From NCBI GenBank assembly GCA_964291415.2, contig OZ219917.1, positions 928,001 through 992,000 of the forward strand: a DNA stretch of 64,000 bases. Direction: 5' to 3'. The translations under genes were made by a program, and so were the position numbers. The notes beneath the pieces are model-generated. The model was not told the DNA's origin and did not search any database. It was given only the letters and a program-made list of their open reading frames with translations. Origin of the DNA: Alphaproteobacteria bacterium (lineage in GTDB: Bacteria; Pseudomonadota; Alphaproteobacteria; SP197). Positions 11,382 to 19,753 of this stretch are shown piece by piece (positions within the stretch are counted from its first letter, which is position 1; each line of letters starts with the position of its first letter).

Positions 11382-11894
11382 ATGAACGCGGAACTCATCA
11401 AGGCCATTGTGATCCTGCCAGGGACGGCGCTCGTGTACATTCCCGGAGCCCTGCTCTGGACCTCGGCCGGCACCTCGGCCGACATGGTGCCGGCAGAGAT
11501 CGCCGGGACCCGATTGTGGATTGGTCTCGTCGTCGCCGTGATCGGACTCGTCATCGCCGTTTGGACGGTCAGACTGTTCCTGACCGTGGGCAAGGGCACT
11601 CCAGCTCCGTGGGCGCCCCCGCAGAGACTGGTCGTCCGCGGTCCATATCGCTACGTCCGAAACCCCATGATCACGGGCGTCCTGTTCATGCTCGCCGGCG
11701 AGTCCCTCATTCTTGGCTCATGGCCCGTCGCGGGCTGGACGCTTGGCTTCTTCCTTCTCAACTCGCTCCACTTCGTGCTGGTGGAGGAGCCGGGCCTCGA
11801 ACGACGGCTCGGCGAGGATTATCGGCAGTACAAGGCAAACGTGCCGCGCTGGATCCCCAGGCTGACGCCGTGGGAGACGGACCCGGATGGATGA
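11382..11894 (+). CDS. isoprenylcysteine carboxylmethyltransferase / PEMT-family membrane protein
   Basis: GKGTPAP...LVVRGPYRYVRNPM, EEPGLERRLGEDYRQYKANVPRW; several hydrophobic helices. Confidence 0.9.
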   Translation: MNAELIKAIVILPGTALVYIPGALLWTSAGTSADMVPAEIAGTRLWIGLVVAVIGLVIAVWTVRLFLTVGKGTPAPWAPPQRLVVRGPYRYVRNPMITGVLFMLAGESLILGSWPVAGWTLGFFLLNSLHFVLVEEPGLERRLGEDYRQYKANVPRWIPRLTPWETDPDG

Positions 11895-11957
11895 GCACGG
11901 GCAATGTCACGCACGCGATTCGGCGTCGTTCCGAGAGAATTCAATGTCCTGACCGGT
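11895..11957 (+). repeat. imperfect direct repeat, copy 2 (~63 bp)
   Basis: GCACGGGCAATGTCAC...CGTTCCGAGAGAATTCAATGTCCTGACCGGT; begins at the base right after the methyltransferase stop codon. Confidence 0.85.
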
Positions 11958-12029
11958 TTCCGGGCCGCGTGAAACCCGGCGCCGGCAATACTCCAGCATG
12001 CTGGACCGGCCATGGCAGCACCGGTGCCG

Positions 12030-12683
12030 TCAACGATCGGGCCGGCAGCCGGAAAAGGGCGATCGTGACATGGCGAAACGGGCTATTGGTCCCGGTCGCA
12101 GCCGGGGGATGCGCGCCTTCAGCGTGCCGATGGTCATGACATCGGCAATGCGGCGGTCGAGAAAGGCCCAGGTCGTTTCGCGGCCCGGACTGTCGTCGTT
12201 GAGCCAGCAGAGCAGCGTCGCCGCATGGACGCCCGCCAGCAGCAGACGCTTGGTGTAGTAGTTGAAGTCGGTTGCCGTGTCTCCGGCGGCATGCCAGATG
12301 GCGTCGACCGTGCGCCAGAGTGTCCTGGCACCGGTGGGACCGGTTTTGAGGGCGGCGGCCCTCAGCACCGCCTCGCGATGTTTGCCATCGACCTCGAGGC
12401 GGATTCTCACCGCCGTGGCGATACGGTCGCGCACCCTCATGTCTGCGAGATTGATCGCCGAGAGTTCATCAAGCATGGCGCGGTCGCCCTCGGCGAGAAA
12501 GAAGGACACCATCTCGCCGGCCCCTTCCGGAAACAGCCGCCGCGCCTCGCCAGCCTCCATCCCGGCATCGGCAGCGCCGGCATCGATCGATGCGCGGGTC
12601 CAGCCGTCAAAAGGCACATGGGGAAGGGTGGCGGCAAGAAGCCGCCGCCGGAGATCCTGCCTGGTGGCGGAAGCCGTCGTCAT
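12030..12683 (-). CDS. COQ9-family protein (rpsU-divergent ubiquinone biosynthesis protein)
   Basis: HVPFDGW, MRVRDRI, DAIWHAAGDTATDFNYYTKR, TWAFLDRRI. Confidence 0.9.
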   Translation of the reverse strand: MTTASATRQDLRRRLLAATLPHVPFDGWTRASIDAGAADAGMEAGEARRLFPEGAGEMVSFFLAEGDRAMLDELSAINLADMRVRDRIATAVRIRLEVDGKHREAVLRAAALKTGPTGARTLWRTVDAIWHAAGDTATDFNYYTKRLLLAGVHAATLLCWLNDDSPGRETTWAFLDRRIADVMTIGTLKARIPRLRPGPIARFAMSRSPFSGCRPDR

Positions 12684-13198
12684 GACTCGTCCTCTTCGGC
12701 GCGCCAGTGTCGTTCCGAGGTGAAGATGAAATGTCGCATGTCCGTCATCCGCTGCGGGTAGAGGATGCCGTCAAGATGGTCGAACTCGTGCTGAACCACC
12801 ACCGCATGATAGCCGTCCACGGTCCTTGAGACCTCGACCCCGTCAGGCGTGGTGCCGGTGTAGCTCACGCTGGGTGCGCGCGGTACAAGCCCCTGCAGCC
12901 CGGGGACCGAGAGGCATCCCTCCCAGCCCTCCACGCGCTCGTCGGTGAGGATCTCGTGGCGCGGGTTGACGAGCGCCAGGACCGGTTCGTCCTCCGGGGC
13001 ATCGGGAGGCATGAACACCACGATGCGCAAGGGAACATGGACCTGGGGCGCGGCGAGACCCACGCCGCCCGCATCGTGCATGGTCTCGATCATGTCTTCG
13101 ACGAGCTGGCGCACCTCGGGCGCCGTCGGGTCCGCCACCTCTGCGGCGCGTCCGGCCAGCACCGGGTGCCCCATGCGTGCAATCTTCAGCAGCGTCAC
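12680..13198 (-). CDS. def: peptide deformylase
   Basis: All three motifs present: GVGLAAPQ, EGCLS, QHEFDHLDG. Confidence 0.96.
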   Translation of the reverse strand: MTLLKIARMGHPVLAGRAAEVADPTAPEVRQLVEDMIETMHDAGGVGLAAPQVHVPLRIVVFMPPDAPEDEPVLALVNPRHEILTDERVEGWEGCLSVPGLQGLVPRAPSVSYTGTTPDGVEVSRTVDGYHAVVVQHEFDHLDGILYPQRMTDMRHFIFTSERHWRAEEDES

Positions 13199-13401
13199 CG
13201 GTGGTGCTCCTCGCCCATCGCCACGCCGCCCTCGAGGATGCGTCGACGGGTTGCCGCCACCACCCCCGGATCGATGGCATCCGGCTCACGCCACTCCAGG
13301 CAGGGCGCCGGCGCGTCGGGAAGGCCCGGGCGGGCGACATTGCCGATGTCCGATGACTCCTCGATCCGGTCGAGGCGGATATCTCCAAGCATCACCGTCA
13401 T
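13195..13401 (-). pseudogene. probable internally deleted remnant of an MBL-fold hydrolase gene
   Basis: 68 aa. LGDIRLDRIEE resembles an MBL hydrolase N-terminus and DPGVVAATRRRILE its C-terminal helix, but there is no HxHxDH motif. GTGA overlap with def. Confidence 0.35.
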
Positions 13402-13505
13402 CGGACTCCGCGCGCCATGCACCCTTCACAAGGACCTGGGTAGCATGGTAATAGCACACGCGCCGGGATAGCACGACGCCGGCCGAACCCTTGAGGAGAA
13501 GACCC

Positions 13506-13715
13506 ATCGTTCACATCATTGTCCGCGACAACAACGTCGACCAGGCCCTGCGGGCGCTGAAGAAGAAGCTGCAGCGCGAGGGCGTTTATCGTGAAATGAA
13601 ACTGCGCCGCCACTTCGAGAAGCCGTCGGAGAAGAAGAAGCGCGAGCGCGCCGAAGGCGTGCGCCGGGCCCGCAAGATGGCCCGCAAGCGGGCCCTGAGG
13701 GAAGGCAACGCCTGA
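13506..13715 (+). CDS. rpsU: 30S ribosomal protein S21
   Basis: [21 protein letters not shown]...[19 protein letters not shown] at 13493-13498; the best-spaced start is a non-canonical ATC at 13506 (alternative TTG at 13491). Confidence 0.96.
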   Translation: MVHIIVRDNNVDQALRALKKKLQREGVYREMKLRRHFEKPSEKKKRERAEGVRRARKMARKRALREGNA

Positions 13716-13722
13716 GTCCCCT

Positions 13723-15108
13723 TCAAAGTCCCTTCACAATATCCTCGACCATCTTCCTCGCATCCGCGAACAGCATCATGGTGTTGTTGCGGTAGAACAG
13801 CGGGTTGTCGATTCCGGCATATCCCGGTGAAAGCGATCGCTTGACCACCATGACGGCGGCCGCGTTCTCGGCGTTGAGCACCGGCATGCCGGCAATCGGA
13901 CACGAGGGATCGGTCTTGGCCAGGGGATTGCAGACATCGTTGGCGCCGATCACGAAGGCGACGTCGGCGGTGGAGAACTGTGAATTGATTTCCTCGAGTT
14001 CGAAGACCTCGTCATAGGGAATGTTCGCTTCGGCGAGCAGGACATTCATGTGCCCGGGCATGCGCCCGGCGACGGGATGGATAGCGTAGGCCACCTCGAC
14101 GCCGTTGTCCTTGAGCTTGTCGGCCATGTCCCTCAGGGCGTGCTGCGCCTGGGCGACCGCCATGCCGTATCCGGGAATGATGATTGCCTTGCGGGCATTC
14201 TGCAGGATGAAGGCCGCATCATCGGCGCTGCCCTGGTTCACCTTGCGCTGGCCGGCTGCCGTGTCGACCGGTCCGGAACCACCGAATCCGCCCAGGATGA
14301 CGTTGACGAAGGAGCGGTTCATGCCCTTGCACATGATGTAGCTCAGGATGGCGCCGGACGACCCGACGAGGGCACCGGTGATGATGAGGAGCTCGTTTTC
14401 CAGGGTGAAGCCGATACCGGCCGCGGCCCAGCCGGAGTAGCTGTTGAGCATGGATACAACCACCGGCATGTCCGCGCCGCCGATCGGGACGATGAGGGTG
14501 ACTCCGATCAGGAAGGCCAGTGCGGCGACAATCCAGAAGGCGCCCGTGTGGCCGTTGGCGGCAAACCACACGCCGGCAGCGGCCATGACGGCGCCGATCA
14601 GCAGGTTGAGAAGATGCTGTCCCCGGAAGACCATCGGGGCGCCGGACACCAGGCCCTGGAGCTTGGCGAAGGCGACCACGGAGCCGGAAAAGGTGATGGC
14701 GCCGATCGCCATGCCGAGGATCATCTCGATCCTGCTGGCAAGCCGGATGGCGCCGTCGGCGCCCACGATGCCGTAGGCTTCCGGAGAATAGAGCGCTGCT
14801 GCAGCGACGAGAACGGCTGCCAGGCCCACCAGGCTGTGAAAGGCGGCCACCAGTTGCGGCATCGCCGTCATCCGGATGTTGAAGGCGATGGCCGTGCCGA
14901 TGGCGCCGCCGACGAGAAGGCCGCCAGCGATCCACCAGTAGGACATGACGGAGGGATCGGCGATCGTGACGGCAACGGCGATGATCATGCCGATCATGCC
15001 GACGAGATTGCCCCGGCGCGATGACTCAGGCGCCGAGAGGCCCTTGAGCGCCAGGATGAAGCAGATCGCCGCCACCAGGTAGGCGAGGGCCGCCAGGTCG
15101 GCGGTCAT
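13723..15108 (-). CDS. pntB: NAD(P) transhydrogenase subunit beta
   Basis: MPQLVAAFHSLVG, IGGADMPVVVSMLNSYSG, PGYGMAVAQAQ, HPVAGRMPGHMNVLLAEA. Confidence 0.97.
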   Translation of the reverse strand: MTADLAALAYLVAAICFILALKGLSAPESSRRGNLVGMIGMIIAVAVTIADPSVMSYWWIAGGLLVGGAIGTAIAFNIRMTAMPQLVAAFHSLVGLAAVLVAAAALYSPEAYGIVGADGAIRLASRIEMILGMAIGAITFSGSVVAFAKLQGLVSGAPMVFRGQHLLNLLIGAVMAAAGVWFAANGHTGAFWIVAALAFLIGVTLIVPIGGADMPVVVSMLNSYSGWAAAGIGFTLENELLIITGALVGSSGAILSYIMCKGMNRSFVNVILGGFGGSGPVDTAAGQRKVNQGSADDAAFILQNARKAIIIPGYGMAVAQAQHALRDMADKLKDNGVEVAYAIHPVAGRMPGHMNVLLAEANIPYDEVFELEEINSQFSTADVAFVIGANDVCNPLAKTDPSCPIAGMPVLNAENAAAVMVVKRSLSPGYAGIDNPLFYRNNTMMLFADARKMVEDIVKGL

Positions 15109-15419
15109 GGATCCTGTCCCCTGGCGCCGTCCCTCCGGCGGAACATCTCCAGCATGCGCTGGGTCACGGCGAAGCCGCCAAAAATGTTGATGGCCGCCAG
15201 GGTGACGGCGACGAAACCGAGGATGCCCGAAAGGTCCATTCCCTCCGGTCCGGCAGCGATCAGCGCACCGACGATGATGACGCTGGAAATCGCGTTGGTG
15301 ACCGACATCAGGGGCGTATGGAGTGCCGGGGTCACGGCCCAGACCACATGGTACCCGACAAAGATGGCGAGCACGAAGATTGTCAGCCGGAAGAAGAACG
15401 GATCGACAGCGGCTTCCAT
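15105..15419 (-). CDS. pntAb: NAD(P) transhydrogenase subunit alpha, part 2 (membrane)
   Basis: VTPALHTPLMSVTNAISS, INIFGGFAVTQRML. Confidence 0.95.
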   Translation of the reverse strand: MEAAVDPFFFRLTIFVLAIFVGYHVVWAVTPALHTPLMSVTNAISSVIIVGALIAAGPEGMDLSGILGFVAVTLAAINIFGGFAVTQRMLEMFRRRDGARGQDP

Positions 15420-15423
15420 GAGC

Positions 15424-16572
15424 TCAGCACTCCTTCGTGTCGCAGAGCAGGGGGTGGACAAGCACGCCGTCACGCATCACGCACATTCCATTGATCACCT
15501 CGTCCGCGTGATCAAGCGCCAGGCGTCCGGCAGAGGAGTCGATGAAGGGCGTGATGAGATTGAACAGGTTGCGTGCGTAGAAGGTCGAGGCATCGGCCGC
15601 CAGACGTCCCGCAACGTTGGAAAAGCCGACAATGGTGACACCGTCGGCATCGACGATTTCGTCGCAGCGGCTGCCATCGCAGTTGCCGCCGTCCTCGACC
15701 GCGAGGTCGACGATGACCGAGCCTGGTTTCATGTCCTGGACCATGGCGGCGGTCACCAGCCGCGGCGCCGGGCGCCCGGGAATGCGTGCGGTGGTGATGC
15801 AGATGTCGGTCTTCTTCAGGGCGCCCGCGATCACCTCGCCCTGCCGGGCGAGATAGGTATCATCCATCTCCCGGGCGTAGCCTCCTTCGGTCTCGGCGTC
15901 ACCGGCGCCAGGGACCTCCACGAAGGTGGCGCCGAGACTCTCCACCTCCTCCTTGACAGCCGCGCGCACATCGAAGGCCTCGACCACGGCACCAAGCCGC
16001 CGTGCCGTGGCAATGGCCTGGAGCCCCGCCACGCCGGCGCCGAGGACCAGCACCCGTGCCGGCGCGATCGTTCCGGCGGCCGTCATCATCATGGGCATGG
16101 CGCGGCCGAAGAACATGCAGGCGTCCAGCACCGCCTTGTAGCCGGCCAGGCTGGCCTGGGATGTCAGGGCGTCCATCGACTGGGCGCGACTGATCCTGGG
16201 GATCAGCTCCATGGCCAGCACGGTCAGTCGCCTGGCGGCGTAGCCGGCGTACTGTTCGCGGTCGACGAGGGGATTGATGAGGCCGACGACGATGCATCCT
16301 TCGGGGATGAGGGCCAGTTCGTCGACGTCGTCCGTGGCGACCGGCCGGCCGACCTTGAAGACGATGTCAGCGCCGTTCAGGACATCCGCGGCATCGGCGG
16401 ACACGTTGGCGCCGGCCTCGCGAAACGTGACGTCCGTCCAGCCGGCGGCGTCGCCTGCTCCCGCTTCAATGGCGACTGCGACACCCTGGTTCTTCAGCCT
16501 CTTGACCATGTCCGGAGAGGCGGCAACCCTGGTCTCGCCGGGGTGACGCTCCCGCAATACTGCACACTTCAT
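15424..16572 (-). CDS. pntAa: NAD(P) transhydrogenase subunit alpha, part 1 (domain I)
   Basis: PRISRAQSMDAL, GAGVAGLQAIATA, GGYAREM, DLAVEDGGNC. Confidence 0.95.
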   Translation of the reverse strand: MKCAVLRERHPGETRVAASPDMVKRLKNQGVAVAIEAGAGDAAGWTDVTFREAGANVSADAADVLNGADIVFKVGRPVATDDVDELALIPEGCIVVGLINPLVDREQYAGYAARRLTVLAMELIPRISRAQSMDALTSQASLAGYKAVLDACMFFGRAMPMMMTAAGTIAPARVLVLGAGVAGLQAIATARRLGAVVEAFDVRAAVKEEVESLGATFVEVPGAGDAETEGGYAREMDDTYLARQGEVIAGALKKTDICITTARIPGRPAPRLVTAAMVQDMKPGSVIVDLAVEDGGNCDGSRCDEIVDADGVTIVGFSNVAGRLAADASTFYARNLFNLITPFIDSSAGRLALDHADEVINGMCVMRDGVLVHPLLCDTKEC

Positions 16573-16966
16573 CGACTGTCCGGATGACTGGGGGACGGGC
16601 GCCACATCTTGGCGAAGACACCGGACAATGTGAAGGGGAGGGTGGTGACACTGTCATGCCCTGCACCAGTTCGACCACCGCGCAGGCCTCCTTGGCGCAG
16701 TCGCGAAGGTTGGTCCTGCGTTAACCCAACCCCATGCCGAAGCCGTGATGGCCGATGGTGGGACACGACCAAGGCAACCAGGAAGGGAATGAAGATCGCG
16801 ATATCCAGCGACACCGGGAGATTCTCTTTTCTTCCAAGACGATGGCGAGGATTGTGATGAAAAAATGTGACAATGCTGCATACTTGCCAGTCAACGCAAC
16901 ATGGCCGTTTCAAGAGCCATGAGTGACACCATGCAGATTCAACAATGGAATGAGGAGGACCAAGGC

Positions 16967-17977
16967 ATGATTTCTCGGCGTAGTTTTCTTCAAACTGGTA
17001 GCTGCCTGGGGCTGGCGGCCGTCGTTCCTTCCGTTGTCGTTCCGGCGCACGCCGGGACCTCCATCACCGTCGCGGAGAGCGAAGGACACGGCTGGGCGGT
17101 GGTCTATACGGCAGATGCCGCCGGCCTGTGGGCCAAGAATGGCCTGGAGGCCAGCGTTGCCAAGTTCACGGCCGGTCGTCTGGCGCTCGATGCGGTGCTG
17201 ACGGAGAATGCCGACTTCTGCACGACCACCCAGAGCCCGACATTGCTTGCACTGATGCGCGGCCTGGAACCGCGTATCGTGGCTGATTTCAGCCGCTCCT
17301 CCAGGGAAATGCTGGTGGCCGCCAACAGGACACTGGGCGTTTCCGAACCGTCTGACCTCAAGGGCAGAAAGATTGCCACCAAGGTGGGCACGAGTGGCCA
17401 TTTCTTCCTCAATCAATGGCTGGCGCTTCATGGCATGGCATTGAGCGACGTTGAACTGGTGAACATGGGCGGCCCGGAGATGGTGACCGCGGTTGTTCGC
17501 GGAGATGTCGACGCGTTTGCCTGGGACTGGCTGACAGCTATTGCCGCCCAGAACCAGGCCGGCGAGGACATTGTCGTGCTGGATCGGGAAGGCATAGAAG
17601 AGATCTGGGCGTACCGCCTGATTCTTGTCGCCAACAACAGCCTGGTCGAGGAATCACCGGAAACGGTCGAAATGGCGGTGCAGAGCCTGCTGGACGCGGA
17701 AGATCTGATCAACACGGACCGCGCCCAGGCAATCGAGCATGTTGCCGAACGGACCGCGACATCCATCGATGACACCTCCACGGGAATGGACCTGCTCGAT
17801 ATCGGGGTGATACTCGATGATGGCCTGGTCGACGTCATGGTTGCGGAAGCCGAATGGGCAATAGGTCAGGGTATCTCACCGGAGTACGATGGCGACCTGC
17901 GTGCTCTCTTCAGGGGTGCGGTCTACGAGGACGCTCTCCAGAAACTGGCACCTGAGCGCGTGAACCTGTCGAGCTGA
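16967..17977 (+). CDS. NitT/TauT-family ABC transporter substrate-binding protein, Tat-exported
   Basis: SRRSFLQ twin-arginine motif and AHA cleavage site; DLKGRKIATKVGTSGH; GAGGAGG RBS. Confidence 0.85.
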   Translation: MISRRSFLQTGSCLGLAAVVPSVVVPAHAGTSITVAESEGHGWAVVYTADAAGLWAKNGLEASVAKFTAGRLALDAVLTENADFCTTTQSPTLLALMRGLEPRIVADFSRSSREMLVAANRTLGVSEPSDLKGRKIATKVGTSGHFFLNQWLALHGMALSDVELVNMGGPEMVTAVVRGDVDAFAWDWLTAIAAQNQAGEDIVVLDREGIEEIWAYRLILVANNSLVEESPETVEMAVQSLLDAEDLINTDRAQAIEHVAERTATSIDDTSTGMDLLDIGVILDDGLVDVMVAEAEWAIGQGISPEYDGDLRALFRGAVYEDALQKLAPERVNLSS

Positions 17978-18002
17978 ATTCTGGTGGTGGTGAGGGAAGA
18001 GC

Positions 18003-18839
18003 GTGAGACGAGTCGCGCGGGGAAGCGAGGCGGCTCGATCCTCCGGTAGAAGCTCCGTGGCCGAGCGGCCGGATGAAGGTGTAGTCGCGATCGAGCATGT
18101 CTCCAAGCTCTTTCCCTCGACGGAGGGCGAGTCTACCTGGGCGCTTCTCGACGTGTCGCTGTCCATCCGGGATGGGGAGTTCGTGTGTGCGATCGGGCCG
18201 AGCGGGTGCGGAAAGACGACGCTCCTCAACCTGATCGCAGGCTTCATCGAACCGACGCGTGGTGAACTTCGTTTCGACAGGACGCCGATCTCGGGGCCGG
18301 CACCTGAACGCGGCGTCGTTTTCCAGGAGTATGCCCTTTTTCCCTGGTTGACAGCACAGCGCAACGTTGAGTTCGGTCTGAAAATGCAGGGCATGGCAAA
18401 GGCCGAGCGAAGGGAACGCGCTCACGAGGCATTGAATCTCGTCGGTCTTGCAGATGCGGCCCGACGCTATCCCTTCGAGCTTTCTGGCGGCATGCGTCAG
18501 CGGGTGGCTGTCGCGCGCGCTCTGGTGAATCACCCCCGGATCCTGCTGATGGATGAACCTTTCGCAGCAGTCGACGCCCTGACCCGCGCTTCCCTTCAGA
18601 CCGAACTGCTGAGGATCTGGGAGGAGATCGGCATCACGATCTTCTTCATCACGCACAACATCGAGGAAGCCGTCTATCTCGGGGATCGCATTGTCGTGAT
18701 GTCACCCAATCCCGGCCAGATACAGGAAACGGTGGAAGTGGACGTCGCTCGGCCACGGAACCGGAGTGAGCTCGAGTTCGGTCGGCTCTATGCAAAGGTC
18801 AACGGTATCTTCCATCGGCAAGGAGATTCAGCGTCATGA
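18003..18839 (+). CDS. NitT/TauT-family ABC transporter ATP-binding protein
   Basis: GPSGCGKT, LSGGMRQR, LLMDEPF, ITHNIEEA. Start uncertain (GTG 18057 is possible). Confidence 0.92.
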   Translation: MRRVARGSEAARSSGRSSVAERPDEGVVAIEHVSKLFPSTEGESTWALLDVSLSIRDGEFVCAIGPSGCGKTTLLNLIAGFIEPTRGELRFDRTPISGPAPERGVVFQEYALFPWLTAQRNVEFGLKMQGMAKAERRERAHEALNLVGLADAARRYPFELSGGMRQRVAVARALVNHPRILLMDEPFAAVDALTRASLQTELLRIWEEIGITIFFITHNIEEAVYLGDRIVVMSPNPGQIQETVEVDVARPRNRSELEFGRLYAKVNGIFHRQGDSAS

Positions 18840-19723
18840 CGGAGATGGAAACGGACTCTGGTTCTGCTCGTGCTGGAGAACGGGAGCTATTGACGCCGGA
18901 TCTTGTGCAAAGGATCGAGGAGAGGTTTCGCTACGACCTGCAGCGCAGTCGCCACCGCCGCCGGGTTCAGCGCCTGATGCTGAACGTTGCGGGTGTGATT
19001 CTGTTCCTGATCGTCTGGGAGGTCGCTCCACGCGTGGTTCCCGGGGTGAACCTGCAAATGTTTCCCCCGCCCTCTGGTGTTGTCGGAACCCTCTGGGACC
19101 TGATTGCCAGCGGTGAACTGGCCGGTCATGCCTGGTCGAGCCTGAAGCGCGCCATTGCCGGCTTCGTGCTGGGCTCGACAGCCGGTATCCTTGTCGGCTT
19201 GCTGACAGGCCGCCTCATGATGCTGCGCGACCTGTCCGATCCCGTGCTTCACAGCCTGAGGTCGATACCATCGATCGCTTTCGTTCCACTGGCCATCGTC
19301 TGGTTTGGCCTGGGCGAAACGCCCAAGATCGCCCTGATCACCTGGGGTACGTTCTTCCCCGTCTGGGTGAACACGTTCATCGGCGTCCGTGATGTGCCCA
19401 ACATCTATGTTCGTTCCGCAGCAAGCCTGGGGGCTTCACCCGCGGGAATCATGCTGCAGGTTGTTCTGCCAGCAGCATTGCCGTTTATCATCGCCGGCCT
19501 GCGTCAGGCCACGGCTGTTGCCTTTGTCATCCTGGTCGCCGCGGAACTGGTCGGGGCAAGCAGCGGTCTGGGCTACCTTATCTCCTTTTCTCACCTGGTG
19601 TTCAGAGTCGACATGATGTTCGTCGGGCTGATGGCGTTGGGCGCGCTGGGATTTCTGGCCGACACGCTGTTTGCAGCGTCACTCGACAAGATTTTTCCCT
19701 GGTATGGCGCCGAAGCGCGATGA
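18836..19723 (+). CDS. NitT/TauT-family ABC transporter permease
   Basis: PSIAFVPLAIVWFGLGE, EAA-like loop, LVAAELVGASSGLGY. Confidence 0.92.
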   Translation: MTEMETDSGSARAGERELLTPDLVQRIEERFRYDLQRSRHRRRVQRLMLNVAGVILFLIVWEVAPRVVPGVNLQMFPPPSGVVGTLWDLIASGELAGHAWSSLKRAIAGFVLGSTAGILVGLLTGRLMMLRDLSDPVLHSLRSIPSIAFVPLAIVWFGLGETPKIALITWGTFFPVWVNTFIGVRDVPNIYVRSAASLGASPAGIMLQVVLPAALPFIIAGLRQATAVAFVILVAAELVGASSGLGYLISFSHLVFRVDMMFVGLMALGALGFLADTLFAASLDKIFPWYGAEAR

Positions 19724-19753
19724 TCGTTCGGGCGACGTGAGGGACGTCAGGTC

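Noticed and set aside
11386-11405. ACGCGGAACTCATCAAGGCC resembles the inverted-repeat ends of the phosphonate cassette
   Set aside because: It lies in the first codons of the methyltransferase gene (NAELIKA) and has no flanking TA. Treated as chance, though it shows that such a short match is weak evidence on its own.
15105-16572. Split pntA as a frameshift or pseudogene
   Set aside because: A two-part alpha subunit is the normal Rhodospirillum-type arrangement.
16600-16900. Riboswitch or small membrane-protein gene between pntA and the ABC operon
   Set aside because: No riboswitch consensus recognised; the hydrophobic minus-strand frame (SLDIAIFIPFLVALVV) is too short to call.
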